Source of the DNA: a virus | Taxonomy: Duplodnaviria > Caudoviricetes | Virus record (IMG/VR): IMGVR_UViG_3300012953_000012 | Coordinates: 32,001-96,000 of that record | DNA length: 64,000 bases | Strand: one strand, 5' to 3' | Part shown: in pieces, positions 8,888 to 19,380 of the stretch | Layout of the letters: the number at the start of each line of letters is the position of its first letter | How positions within the stretch are numbered: position 1 is the stretch's first letter | The notes under the pieces: generated by a model | Databases searched by the model: none | Told to the model about the DNA's origin: nothing | What the model saw: the letters and a program-made list of their open reading frames with translations, nothing else | Made by a program: the position numbers and the translations under genes

Positions 8888-11800
8888 ATGGCAATCCGCG
8901 ACAAGTACTTTCCTGGCTCAACCGTCAGTCGATACCTTCCGCCGGGAGAACACTCCTGGTCTGAGGCTATCTACCAGTCCGGTAAGCCAGTCCTCGACGC
9001 TGAACTGAATCTCTCCCAGGAAGTAGGGAAGGAGATCCGGCGTCTGATCCAGCACCATGAGACCCCGTCTGGGTGGCTGCGCGGACCCGTTCCGCCCTCC
9101 CTGACAGATTTCTCGTTCGGCAACCCCGCTGGAGGCTACCCCGCTGACTCCTTCTACATGGTGAACCGCACCGCCATCGTGGCTCAGATGCCCGTCACCG
9201 TGGCCTACACGGAGAACACGGAACCTCAGAACCTCATTCAGTTGTCGCCTGCGACTCTGGACAACGGCACCCCCGCCAACGTCAAGCGCACCGACTTCGT
9301 GTTCCTGGAGGTGTTCCGTGCCCTGGTGAGCCCTTCACCACACGCCTCTGGGTCCATCACCGTCCTGACGTTCCCGACCGCAGGCTCCATCACCATCAAC
9401 GGTGTGGCACTGACCCCCGCTGGCGGGCCTCGTGGCGTCGGCATCGGAGCCGACAACTACGACAACACGTTGGTGTCAGCAGCGGCCATCGCGGCGGACA
9501 TTCGGGACGCCATCAACGACTCATCCAACTCCTGGGCTGGGGTCGTCACCGCAGAGATCGACATCTCGGTTGCAGAGCAGGTGAACATCAAGGCCACGGA
9601 TGCGTTCGCCGGTGCAGCCGGTAATGCCATCGGCTTCATTGAGTCCACAGGCGGTGCCGAGTTTACCCTCGACCCTCTCGTCGGCAATCTCACGGGCGGT
9701 GTAGACACCCCGAACAAGCCGACCCAGGCCACTATCTACAGGAACGGAAACATCCTGGCCCCGGCAGGTGTGAACCTGCCCGACCGCATCGCTGATCCCA
9801 CCATCGGGACCGAGAGCACGAAGCGTGTTCAGATCCAGTACAACATCCGCAAGACCAACCAGACCGAAGCCGTCAACTTTCAGGTCACCAACGGCTTCAT
9901 CGGTGCCAACTGGATCGCAGCCACTACGGTCCCCTCTACAGCAGACTCAGAAGTCCGGGCTCAGGCTACCCAGGTCGCCCCTGTAGGGCGCTACCGGTTC
10001 GTCCCTGCTGATGGGGTCACAGTCCTTGCCTACATCGAGGTCACAGGCGTCGGAGCCATCGCGCTTGGCGACACCATCGACGTGAACGGCGTGACGCTGA
10101 CCGCAGCGAACCCCGCCGTGAACCCCGACGAGTTTGACCCTACAGGTGCTCCCGGAGCCATCGCCACCAGCATCGTCACAGCCATCACGGCCTCGGTGGG
10201 GACTGTTGCGGCCTCCGCTTCGGGATCACTCATCGCCATCGTTCCTGCCGTAAGCGGCGACAACGTGACCCTGAGCAGTGTCTTGACGACAAGCACCTCG
10301 GTCATCACGGCGGTCAACTCGGCTGTGTCGTACCAGACGGTAGACAATGGCCTCTACATCTCTGGTGACGGCACGCAGAAGGCAGCGACTGATCTCGGCA
10401 CTGTGGACGGCTACTCCTATGCCATCCCCATGTGCTTCGTCTTCCGCCGCAACGATGCCAGCACAACTGGCGGCTTCGACCCGGCAAACAACACCAACGG
10501 TGCGCTGGCGCATGACCATGCCCCCTTCAACAACACCCACCTCACAGGCGGGGCGACTGCGATCCCGGCGTCTACGTCTGACAGGCCCGACCAGCGGTTC
10601 CACGATGTCATTGTCTCAGGGGATGTCCTTGACCTTCGACGTCAAGTGTCCCCCGGCGGTGTTGACCTCAAGGCAGAACTTGAATCGCAGATGACCGCTC
10701 TTCTCGATGGTTCCATGCACACATGGGCCATCGACACTGAGGACATCACTGAACTGGGCAACTCCTCAGGGGATGTCTCGTCGGTGTACCTGGTGTGCAA
10801 CGAGATCGGTGACCAGGACAACGTCAACGGCGAAACCATCGGCAAGTGGGATCACATCCGACGCCGGTTCGCCGATCAGCCTGTCGTTGAACGCCGCATC
10901 TTCCCCATCACGTCTGACGCCCCTTCCGGGACAAACCCCGGCCTGTTCATGGACCCCACGAGGGCTGGATGGGAGGCAGGCCAGGTCATCAACATCAACC
11001 TCGGCCAACTTGACGCCTCGGGTCTGGGGGACTGGGTTCCCACGGCCTCTCCGGTGGTGGTGACGAACCAGTGGCCTGCCGGAACCACCATCACCAACGT
11101 CCTCCGAGTCGTTCACGACGACGGCAACTACGCCCTGGCCATCGACCAGAACGTCGAGACGGATCTGATTACCGGCATCGGTACGGACCACGTCCAGATC
11201 ACCCTGGCCCCGAACAACGCGCAGGCCAACGGAGGCGTGAACGGCGACCCTGGCTACGACATCGTCCCAACCGTCGCCGGTACTTCGGCTCGCCGCATCT
11301 TCGTCGAGTTGGAGATTTCGTACCCTGCCGGGGTGGGCATCTCGGCCACGCCGGACGAGATCATCGGCGGCTCCCCGACCGTGACCCCGTACCATGGCTC
11401 GGCCCTGGAGTACGACACCAGCAAACGCCCGACAGACTTTGAAGACCTCCAGCCCCCGGCCTACCGGCCCGGCTACCGTGAGGTCATGATGGAGTACATC
11501 TGCAACGATGGTCTCACAGTCCCCGTGTCGGGATCACCCATCACTGAGGAAGTGGTGAGTGGCAGTGGCATCGACCTGATCATGTCCCGCCGCTTCTACG
11601 GCATCAAGGGTGGTGCTCCTGCCCTCATGTCCGTGACAGACATCGGTGGAGGGCTCGGCGCTGTGCCGATTGACGACGCAGCCACGACATGGGGCAACTC
11701 CGCACGCAAGATCGTCCTCTCAGGGGCGGGTGTGGCTCCCGGTGTCCAGAGCAAGTGCTCCGTGGAGTACTTCGCGCAAGACCCCATCCCTGATTTCTCC

Positions 11801-12478
11801 AGCCCCGGCGACCGCTACCAGATCGCAGTCTACTTCCGTAGCAACGCGCCCCAGACGGTTGGTGTCATGGGCGGGTTCCCGGCGACTTCCCCGTTGCCGG
11901 ACACCCTGAACCTTGAGCCGTTGGTCATGTCCCGCAACCTGTGGACGAACACCACCTCCGTGGGATCACTGGACCTGGCGTTCCCCTACAGCAACCCGTC
12001 TGACCAGATCGCCGTCAACGCTGACCAGCAAACCGGCATCAACCCTCCGTTCCCTGGCGAGTGGGCTCTCATGTCCCTGGCCAAGATCAGCGTCGGTGAC
12101 TTCGACGCCGAGACGGGCCTGCTCAACCTGCATCAGATGGTCCCAGTTGACCCCAACTCGGACTTCTCCTTCTCCAGCCGTGCGTGGGATCACGAGTTCC
12201 GTGGGCACTACCGGATTGCCGATGTGAACGCCTATCGGCCTACGGCGATGGCCCAGCCGCTCTCTGGGGTCGCGACCCACAAGGTCTTCTTCCCCTTCCT
12301 GGCTCAGACCTCCGCAGACAACGTCTACTTCCGCAAGGGAGAGGTCGTGCTCGTGGTAGTCAGTCGATACGCACTTCTTGATGGAGACAACGTGGTTCGG
12401 TTCACGGATAGCGGCACAGACACCTGTGCTGCGGTGTACCGGACACGCGGGCTACTCCTTTTGGCTTCGGAGCGATAA
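8888..12478 (+). CDS. Baseplate/tail-associated structural protein (paralog of 20791..26148)
   Basis: Shared blocks KPVLDAELNLSQE, RTDFVFLEVF, TKRVQIQYNIR, DLGTVDGYSYAIPMCFVFRRN, DVLDLRR. Confidence 0.75.
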   Translation: MAIRDKYFPGSTVSRYLPPGEHSWSEAIYQSGKPVLDAELNLSQEVGKEIRRLIQHHETPSGWLRGPVPPSLTDFSFGNPAGGYPADSFYMVNRTAIVAQMPVTVAYTENTEPQNLIQLSPATLDNGTPANVKRTDFVFLEVFRALVSPSPHASGSITVLTFPTAGSITINGVALTPAGGPRGVGIGADNYDNTLVSAAAIAADIRDAINDSSNSWAGVVTAEIDISVAEQVNIKATDAFAGAAGNAIGFIESTGGAEFTLDPLVGNLTGGVDTPNKPTQATIYRNGNILAPAGVNLPDRIADPTIGTESTKRVQIQYNIRKTNQTEAVNFQVTNGFIGANWIAATTVPSTADSEVRAQATQVAPVGRYRFVPADGVTVLAYIEVTGVGAIALGDTIDVNGVTLTAANPAVNPDEFDPTGAPGAIATSIVTAITASVGTVAASASGSLIAIVPAVSGDNVTLSSVLTTSTSVITAVNSAVSYQTVDNGLYISGDGTQKAATDLGTVDGYSYAIPMCFVFRRNDASTTGGFDPANNTNGALAHDHAPFNNTHLTGGATAIPASTSDRPDQRFHDVIVSGDVLDLRRQVSPGGVDLKAELESQMTALLDGSMHTWAIDTEDITELGNSSGDVSSVYLVCNEIGDQDNVNGETIGKWDHIRRRFADQPVVERRIFPITSDAPSGTNPGLFMDPTRAGWEAGQVININLGQLDASGLGDWVPTASPVVVTNQWPAGTTITNVLRVVHDDGNYALAIDQNVETDLITGIGTDHVQITLAPNNAQANGGVNGDPGYDIVPTVAGTSARRIFVELEISYPAGVGISATPDEIIGGSPTVTPYHGSALEYDTSKRPTDFEDLQPPAYRPGYREVMMEYICNDGLTVPVSGSPITEEVVSGSGIDLIMSRRFYGIKGGAPALMSVTDIGGGLGAVPIDDAATTWGNSARKIVLSGAGVAPGVQSKCSVEYFAQDPIPDFSSPGDRYQIAVYFRSNAPQTVGVMGGFPATSPLPDTLNLEPLVMSRNLWTNTTSVGSLDLAFPYSNPSDQIAVNADQQTGINPPFPGEWALMSLAKISVGDFDAETGLLNLHQMVPVDPNSDFSFSSRAWDHEFRGHYRIADVNAYRPTAMAQPLSGVATHKVFFPFLAQTSADNVYFRKGEVVLVVVSRYALLDGDNVVRFTDSGTDTCAAVYRTRGLLLLASER

Positions 12479-12481
12479 ACC

Positions 12482-15400
12482 ATGCCTCGTAATGTAGATC
12501 CTGGAACTATCCGAGTTGGCAAGGGACTCGCCCCCGAAGGGACGGTCGAAGACAACTCGCTGCGCTACCCGGAGCGGGATGCCGATCCCCTTCGTGTTCA
12601 CATCCATGACCCCAGCCGCGCCCACATGGCGTCGAGCATCGGTATCGTAGATGAACTCGACTGCTACGTCTCTGACGAGGTTGAGGGTGCCCTCCAGGAA
12701 CTCTGTGGCAACTCCGCTGCGGGTCGCCTCAACGGCCTGATCGCAGGCGGGACCTTCAGCGAGTTGGGTTGTCTCCCCAACGGCACGGCGGGTGGTGTCC
12801 ACGCCACGTTGACCCTGTGCTCTCCTACAGAAATCCTGATGAACGGCACGGTCCTGGACGCCACGGGCCTCACTGTGTCCGTCCCTGCGGCCAACACGGT
12901 CTACTTCATCTACCTGGACACCCAGGTCAGCAGCCCGACCTACCGAGAACTGGTCGCGACCACGGGGACCCCTCCTCAGGTCGAAGTCGGTGATCCCGAC
13001 ACCACCACCGGCCCCGGCAGCATTGAAAACGTCATGCTCGCCAAGGTCACGATGGACGCAGGCGGCAACGTCGTGTCCTGGCAGGACGCACGCTTCTTCG
13101 TGCGGAACCTCGACCGCAAGGTCACTTACAGCAGCCGCCAGGGCGAGAACGTGGACGCCTGGTCCGAAGGTTGCTTCGCCAACCTTCAAGCCTTCTTCTT
13201 CTGGGCTGAGTACTACGGAGACGGTGCGCTCCCCTCCAGTAACGAGGAAGAGAAGGGCATGGTGCTGATCCGAGGGACGCACACGATCCTCTCGACGCTC
13301 AATGTGCCCACCGACCACCTCCAGTTTGTCGGCGACGGCGAAGCCATCATTGAGTTGACCGGCAACGCCGCCTTTGATGCGGTCCTGGTGGACGCGAAGA
13401 AGGACATCACCTTCCGCAACATCACCTTCCTGTGCAACGTGGCGAGCACGGGGAGCAAGGGCATCCGTGCTGCTGGAGACTTCACCGACCTCACCGTCGA
13501 GGACTGTCGTTTCCTGAGTGGGGCGCAAAACTTCAGCGTGGCCCTTCACCTTGACGCAGGCGGCGCGGTCAACGAGCGGATCACAGTCCGTGACTGCGCG
13601 ATTGAGGCTGTCGATTGCGGTGTCAATGTCGATGGCTTTGGGTCCACGTCCTCCTGGGGAACGCTGATCGAGAACTGTTCCGTCGATTCTCAGGCGGTCG
13701 CTGCGGGCTCTGTGGGCATCCAGTTGGGTGACAACCAGACCAACGGCTATGGCACCGTCCGAGGGTGCTTTGTTTCGTCTTTTGAGACCGGGATCATGGT
13801 CAAGGACACCGGCGTCACCCTGGTTGAGGGGAACACCATCCGGGACACCATCAGCGGGATCATCTACCCCAGCGATAGTGCCATTGGTCATACGGTGGTG
13901 AACAACCACATCACGCTCGGTGACAACCTCACCCTCCATGGCATCTTCTTCGGGATCGGTCACCAGAGCATCGTGATCTCGGGCAACTACATCCGCAGCC
14001 TCATTGACGGAGGTCACCCTTCGGAGCCTTACGGCATCTCCGTCCAGGGTCGCGCGGCGAGTGAGAAGGTGAACGCCCGCATTGAGAACAACCACGTCAT
14101 TGGCTTCTACGACGCCACTGCGACTATCGGGCACGGCATCTGGGTCGTGGGGACTGACGGCGTCTGTGAGGGTGTGACCATCACAGGGAACACACTTTCC
14201 CGGAACAACATCGCCGTTGAGTCCTGGATGAACGGAACCATCACGGGGAACACCGTTGAGGCAGCCACGCTCGGTATGCCTCCGGGGCCTACAGTAGGCG
14301 GGGCGATTGATCTCACCAATGCTCGCTCCTTCACGGTGAGCGGAAACACGGTCAATGCGCGGGATGTCATCCGCCATGGGGTGTACGCCCGTGTCGGCAA
14401 GGACCTGACGGTCACGGGGAACACTGTGACGCAGCCTTTCGTCACCGGAGTCCTGCTCGACTCCGGTCCCAACTTTGGTGCAATATCGGGGATGGAGAAC
14501 TTCACCGTGAGTGGAAACACGGTCGATGCCCTTCCTGATCCGGCCAACCCCTCCCTGCCTACGGCAGACGGGATCGTCATCAGCAGCACTACGGACGACG
14601 GATCTCCCGAAATCGGTGTTGTCGATGGCAACTCCGTTCGGCGTTGTCGCCACGGAATCTTGCTGACCGGCTTCGCCATCAACGTCCCGATCCGGGACGT
14701 CACGGTGTCAAACAACATCGTCTCCGAGTGCGCGAAGGACCAGGACACCTGGGACATCTGGGACTTCCAGGACGCGGGCACCTACGGAATCGGCTGCCTC
14801 TACGCGAAGAACATCATCCTCTCAGGGAACAACATTGGCAGCGTCGGCCAGGTCACGCTCGACACGGGCGCACCACTCGTCCCTGCGAACAACGTCTTTG
14901 TCCAGGCACTGTTCACCCTCAACTGCTCGGGGGTGACGGCTCAGGGGAACACCATCCGCAACTCGCTCCCTTATGGGACGGGTCGGGCCAACGACATCGC
15001 CCTGCTTGTGGGCCGCCTTGCCGGTGATGTGGAGTGCATCAACACTAAGGTCGAAGGCAACAGCATCATCATCAACGACAGTGTGGACCCCGGTAGTCAC
15101 CAGGGCATCCTGGCCTGGGCGGACGGTACGTCGGGCGTTGCCACGGCTGGCTTCATTGACTTGTCCATCTCGGACAACACGATCCACACAGTGAACGGAG
15201 CCAGCGGTTCCGGCGTCGGCACTGGGATTCACATCGTCGCTCAGGATGAGGGTGCTATCGAAGGTGCCCGCATTGAGGGCAACCAGATTGGAAACTACCT
15301 GTCCAGCGGGATCTACGTCCAAACGGGTGATGGGAGCCCTCAGGGCGACAGCAGCATGTATCGCGTGGGCGTCCGGCACAACACGCTCAGGTCCATGGGT

Positions 15401-18397
15401 GTAGCCGGACCTACGGCGGCTATCTACGTCACAGCCTTCACCGACGACGACCACATCAAGCGCATCTACATGCTCACCATCGAGGGGAACACCATCTCTA
15501 ACTCGTGGGGTCAGGGGATCTACTTCACCTGTGCAGCATCGGACACGACCACGACCGGCTTTATCGGTATGGACGCCATCACCGTAACGGACAACGAGAT
15601 CGACAGGCTTCTCTGGAACCAGGCTCAGGGCGCAGTCGGAATCGGCTTTGTCCTCGACGGAGGCACGAATGAGAGGATGAATACTGGATACCCAGCGTTC
15701 ACCACGCCGGGCCTTCAGAACTTCTCGGTGCTCAGGAACCGTGTCAGCCAGGTGGGGCGGGGCTTTGACCTGGGCGGTGACGACATCTTGTCCTGGGTCA
15801 ACTTCGCCATCGAGGACAACAACTGGTCTGGGAACGGATCTGCTCACCTCACCCCGACCACCGACTACCTCAACCGGGTGTCCCTCTCCCTCACCGACAG
15901 CACCAAGGAGATGACCCTTGAAAACTGGTCCATCTCCGGGAACAACTGCGCCATCGATCTCCAGAACCGGCAGTTGGATAACTGGCGGTTCCTGACGGAG
16001 AACGCCAATGTCTCGGTCCTCCGGGTCCAGGGCAACCAGATCAACGGCTCTGGGCTCGATGCCACACCCAACGACTATGGGCGTTCATTCTACTACCTCG
16101 GAAACAACCAGAAGAATGCGTTGGTGTCCACCGACCACAAGGAGATCCACATCTCCGGGAACACCTTTGGAGGGGGCCTCTACTGGGAGGCCAGAAACTC
16201 CAGCCTCTACAGGATGGACATCCACGGGAACCAGATCTCGGTCCCTGTCGCAGATGCTGACACCCCCACCCTGTCCCCCCTGACCCTGTGGAACAACGGC
16301 TTCGACGTTGACGGCCTCAAACTCCAGACAGTCCACGTCCGGGAGAATGCCCTGACGGGAGGGACACACAGTCTTCTCTTCATGGTTGATGACACCCAGG
16401 AGATCGAGGAGATCGCGATCTGCGGGAACGCCTTTCAGGACGCCCGTCTTCACGCGGTGTGGTTCGGCGTAGACCAGACATCCGGGGTGTCGTACCACTC
16501 AGACGTCGTCAGGAACCTCCTGATCGACGGCAACATCATCGGCAACCACGGCGCAAACTCAAGCAACCAAGCCACCGGCATCCGCTTCGCAGCGGGGCAG
16601 GCGGCCACACAGACGCTCGGGATCACGAACAACCAGGTGTACAACCAGGACCTCCAGGCGATCACCTGCTTCTTCGGCGGCTCGGTTCCGGCCTTTGGGG
16701 GAGCCTACGACAGGAACATCACCATCGAGGACAACAAGATAGACCTGTGTGGGTACACCGACGCCGCTCTCCCCTTGATCTCCCTGGAGGTGGACCCTGC
16801 GGCCAGCCTCGGGGTCAACGACGACATCAGTTCGGTCTCTGTCAGCGGCAACCAGATCAGCAACAGCGGGTGGTCCGATGGCAGTGTTGGCATCTACGCT
16901 GACTTCGCTGACTACGGAATCTGCTACGACATGCGAGTGGACGACAACACCCTGACCCAACCCTCGGGCAGCATCATCAACCCGAGTCGTTTCGGTTCGG
17001 GTGTCGAGTTGGACCTCCCCTCCGCACAGCGGCTCTCCGTGTCCCGCAACCAACTGCGGTGCAGCGGGTTCGCCGGGGGTGTGACTAAGGGCTTTGGGGT
17101 CTTCCTCCAGTTTTACCGGGGCGTGGATCCGGGATCCTCTGAACCTGGCATCTCTGGGATCGCCCTGGACGACAACATCATCAGCCTTGACGACGATTCT
17201 GATGGGGGCATCAACTGGGCGGTACTGGCGACCGAGGACATGCAGATTCGGGACTTCAGTGTCTGCCGCAACCAGATCCGCGCCAGGACCGCCAACATAG
17301 TCAGCACCGGGATTCGGTTCGTCGGTGAGGACGGAGCAGGGGACTACTCAGGCTACTTGCAGAACGTCCACATCAACGACAACCTCATCTCAAACTTGCG
17401 GACGGCGGTGGAGTTGCGCCAGTCCGAGTTGGACATGCTCCATGACGGACTTCTTCTGCGGAACTGCGGGATGGACGGCAACAACGTCTATGAGTGCTCC
17501 ATCCAGGGACTCGTCTGGAAGACAGGGGCGGTGAACGCCAACTCGGGCAACATTCATGGTTTCTCGGCAAGCCGGAATCAGGTGACGACGACTCGCCGTG
17601 GAGACCAGAGCAGTGCGGCCAACCCCCTGCTCGGCGTTTACTTCGGTCGAGGGTTTTTGTCGGGCGTCGGCTCGGTCAACATGCACTCGATCTCTGTCGA
17701 TGACAACCAGATTTACCTGGCCAACCCCGACGACCAGGGCACTGAATGGACGGGTATTCATCTGCAACTGTCTGCGGTCAACAATGACGGCGGGGGGCCT
17801 GTCCCCAGCGCCATGACCACCATCAGTTGTGACAGGAACCACATCCGAAACACAGGCTACAACGCCATTGACTTTGAGATGATGGGCTATACCGAGCAGA
17901 ACGCTCAGGGTGACCTGACCAATGTCACCAAGGTCAAGAACGCCTCCTGCTCGGGCAACCTGATCATTGGCGGGACGGAGATGGTAACCACTATTCACCG
18001 GGGCCTTCTCCGAATCGATCTCCAGAACGCCGTCCTTCAACAGTTCACCCTCCAGGGGAACAACGTCGAAACCGTCTTTGCAGACGGTCTGGGCGAGGCT
18101 TTGGTGGTCGCCACCTTGTACCTCCCCCCCAACCCTCCCGTGAACAATAACGACGACAACCAGTACTGGTCAGTGCAAAGCAACGTCATCACCCATGGCT
18201 CAGACGGCAACGAGCATGTCATCGCAGTCATGGACGGAGGGTCAGGTGTCACGGGCTGGCACTATGGACCTCCAGTGCAGGGAATCGTCACGGGGAACCT
18301 CAACACCTCCGACACGAATGCTTCCGACGACTTCAATGGCGCGTACTGGACCTTCGGGGGGACCAGCATCCAGTCCAACAACCTCGTGATCCCGTAG
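12482..18397 (+). CDS. Giant tail spike/fibre with long right-handed parallel beta-helix (pectin-lyase-like repeats)
   Basis: N-terminal HIHDPSRAHMASSI...VEGALQEL fibre-anchor motif; dozens of I/V-x-G/D-N-x-I/V repeats. Confidence 0.85.
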   Translation: MPRNVDPGTIRVGKGLAPEGTVEDNSLRYPERDADPLRVHIHDPSRAHMASSIGIVDELDCYVSDEVEGALQELCGNSAAGRLNGLIAGGTFSELGCLPNGTAGGVHATLTLCSPTEILMNGTVLDATGLTVSVPAANTVYFIYLDTQVSSPTYRELVATTGTPPQVEVGDPDTTTGPGSIENVMLAKVTMDAGGNVVSWQDARFFVRNLDRKVTYSSRQGENVDAWSEGCFANLQAFFFWAEYYGDGALPSSNEEEKGMVLIRGTHTILSTLNVPTDHLQFVGDGEAIIELTGNAAFDAVLVDAKKDITFRNITFLCNVASTGSKGIRAAGDFTDLTVEDCRFLSGAQNFSVALHLDAGGAVNERITVRDCAIEAVDCGVNVDGFGSTSSWGTLIENCSVDSQAVAAGSVGIQLGDNQTNGYGTVRGCFVSSFETGIMVKDTGVTLVEGNTIRDTISGIIYPSDSAIGHTVVNNHITLGDNLTLHGIFFGIGHQSIVISGNYIRSLIDGGHPSEPYGISVQGRAASEKVNARIENNHVIGFYDATATIGHGIWVVGTDGVCEGVTITGNTLSRNNIAVESWMNGTITGNTVEAATLGMPPGPTVGGAIDLTNARSFTVSGNTVNARDVIRHGVYARVGKDLTVTGNTVTQPFVTGVLLDSGPNFGAISGMENFTVSGNTVDALPDPANPSLPTADGIVISSTTDDGSPEIGVVDGNSVRRCRHGILLTGFAINVPIRDVTVSNNIVSECAKDQDTWDIWDFQDAGTYGIGCLYAKNIILSGNNIGSVGQVTLDTGAPLVPANNVFVQALFTLNCSGVTAQGNTIRNSLPYGTGRANDIALLVGRLAGDVECINTKVEGNSIIINDSVDPGSHQGILAWADGTSGVATAGFIDLSISDNTIHTVNGASGSGVGTGIHIVAQDEGAIEGARIEGNQIGNYLSSGIYVQTGDGSPQGDSSMYRVGVRHNTLRSMGVAGPTAAIYVTAFTDDDHIKRIYMLTIEGNTISNSWGQGIYFTCAASDTTTTGFIGMDAITVTDNEIDRLLWNQAQGAVGIGFVLDGGTNERMNTGYPAFTTPGLQNFSVLRNRVSQVGRGFDLGGDDILSWVNFAIEDNNWSGNGSAHLTPTTDYLNRVSLSLTDSTKEMTLENWSISGNNCAIDLQNRQLDNWRFLTENANVSVLRVQGNQINGSGLDATPNDYGRSFYYLGNNQKNALVSTDHKEIHISGNTFGGGLYWEARNSSLYRMDIHGNQISVPVADADTPTLSPLTLWNNGFDVDGLKLQTVHVRENALTGGTHSLLFMVDDTQEIEEIAICGNAFQDARLHAVWFGVDQTSGVSYHSDVVRNLLIDGNIIGNHGANSSNQATGIRFAAGQAATQTLGITNNQVYNQDLQAITCFFGGSVPAFGGAYDRNITIEDNKIDLCGYTDAALPLISLEVDPAASLGVNDDISSVSVSGNQISNSGWSDGSVGIYADFADYGICYDMRVDDNTLTQPSGSIINPSRFGSGVELDLPSAQRLSVSRNQLRCSGFAGGVTKGFGVFLQFYRGVDPGSSEPGISGIALDDNIISLDDDSDGGINWAVLATEDMQIRDFSVCRNQIRARTANIVSTGIRFVGEDGAGDYSGYLQNVHINDNLISNLRTAVELRQSELDMLHDGLLLRNCGMDGNNVYECSIQGLVWKTGAVNANSGNIHGFSASRNQVTTTRRGDQSSAANPLLGVYFGRGFLSGVGSVNMHSISVDDNQIYLANPDDQGTEWTGIHLQLSAVNNDGGGPVPSAMTTISCDRNHIRNTGYNAIDFEMMGYTEQNAQGDLTNVTKVKNASCSGNLIIGGTEMVTTIHRGLLRIDLQNAVLQQFTLQGNNVETVFADGLGEALVVATLYLPPNPPVNNNDDNQYWSVQSNVITHGSDGNEHVIAVMDGGSGVTGWHYGPPVQGIVTGNLNTSDTNASDDFNGAYWTFGGTSIQSNNLVIP

Positions 18398-18405
18398 GAG
18401 GACCC

Positions 18406-19371
18406 ATGCTGAACACACCCATCATCACATACGTTGGCAGATACGAGGATGCCGCCTCCATGGCGGCCCCAGCATCTGTGCTGTCCGCCCAGGGGTGGTT
18501 GTCCCACCGCGCGGGACCGGAGCACGCAGAGGTGGAGATCACTCCCGCCGACGCCCAGAACCGCCGGAATGCGGTGCTTGCTGCCATCGTGGCGAAGATC
18601 CCCGCTGGGATCACGCGGGTGCTGGACATTGGTTGCGGCAACGGTGACCTCGCCGAGGCCCTTCACGCGACCCGTCCTGAGGTGAACTACCGGGGCATAG
18701 ACATCTCCATGGAGGCCATCGCCGCAGCCAACACCAACCTGGAGTCCTCCCCCGGAAACCTTCCTGCAAACGTCGAGTTGCAGACGGCAAACCTCACGGA
18801 GTACCTGCTTGCAGGGGTGGATGACTGGGACTTCATTGTCTCCTCTCGCTGTGTCTTTCGGGAGACTCGCAGATCTGGCGACCGCGCCCTTCTCCGACTC
18901 ATCGACAGCAAGGCTCCCAAGGGGTGGTTCATCTACGGAACCCACTGGCGTATGCTCCGTCCCGATCTTCAGTACGTCATGCAGGAAGCGTTGACCAACA
19001 GCACCGACCCCACCGAGCACTACTTCAAAGGTGCTCAGTCCTTTCTGAATGTCGCTGCGGCGTTCGTCGGGTACGAGAAAGAGCACCCGGCCTACATCAT
19101 CAGGGGGGCCTCCGTGGCTCCTGCGCCTGATCCCGGCAAGTACCAGAAGTTCGATGTGATGAAGAACGGCAAGTTTGAGGAGGCCCGCGCACAAGGGACC
19201 CTCAAGTACGACTCAGGCATGACGGAGTACAAGAGTGCTACGTTCGACGCCCAGGGGCAGTTCACGGGAGAGGTGGTTGTGAGCAAAGCGTCCGCCCCCG
19301 CGAAGGCCAACCTTGCGGACGTGGAGTCACAGAAGACCAACCTTCAGAACCTCAAACAGATCGCGGGGTAG
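18406..19371 (+). CDS. Class I SAM-dependent methyltransferase domain protein in the tail operon
   Basis: RVLDIGCGNGDL (motif I), YRGIDIS (motif II), WDFIVS. Confidence 0.8.
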   Translation: MLNTPIITYVGRYEDAASMAAPASVLSAQGWLSHRAGPEHAEVEITPADAQNRRNAVLAAIVAKIPAGITRVLDIGCGNGDLAEALHATRPEVNYRGIDISMEAIAAANTNLESSPGNLPANVELQTANLTEYLLAGVDDWDFIVSSRCVFRETRRSGDRALLRLIDSKAPKGWFIYGTHWRMLRPDLQYVMQEALTNSTDPTEHYFKGAQSFLNVAAAFVGYEKEHPAYIIRGASVAPAPDPGKYQKFDVMKNGKFEEARAQGTLKYDSGMTEYKSATFDAQGQFTGEVVVSKASAPAKANLADVESQKTNLQNLKQIAG

Positions 19372-19380
19372 GACACCAAC

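Noticed and set aside
12452-14653. Long antisense ORFs (733 aa here; also 28197..29648, 34654..36057, 39865..41229)
   Set aside because: Shadow frames of high-GC3 sense genes; no SD and no recognisable motifs
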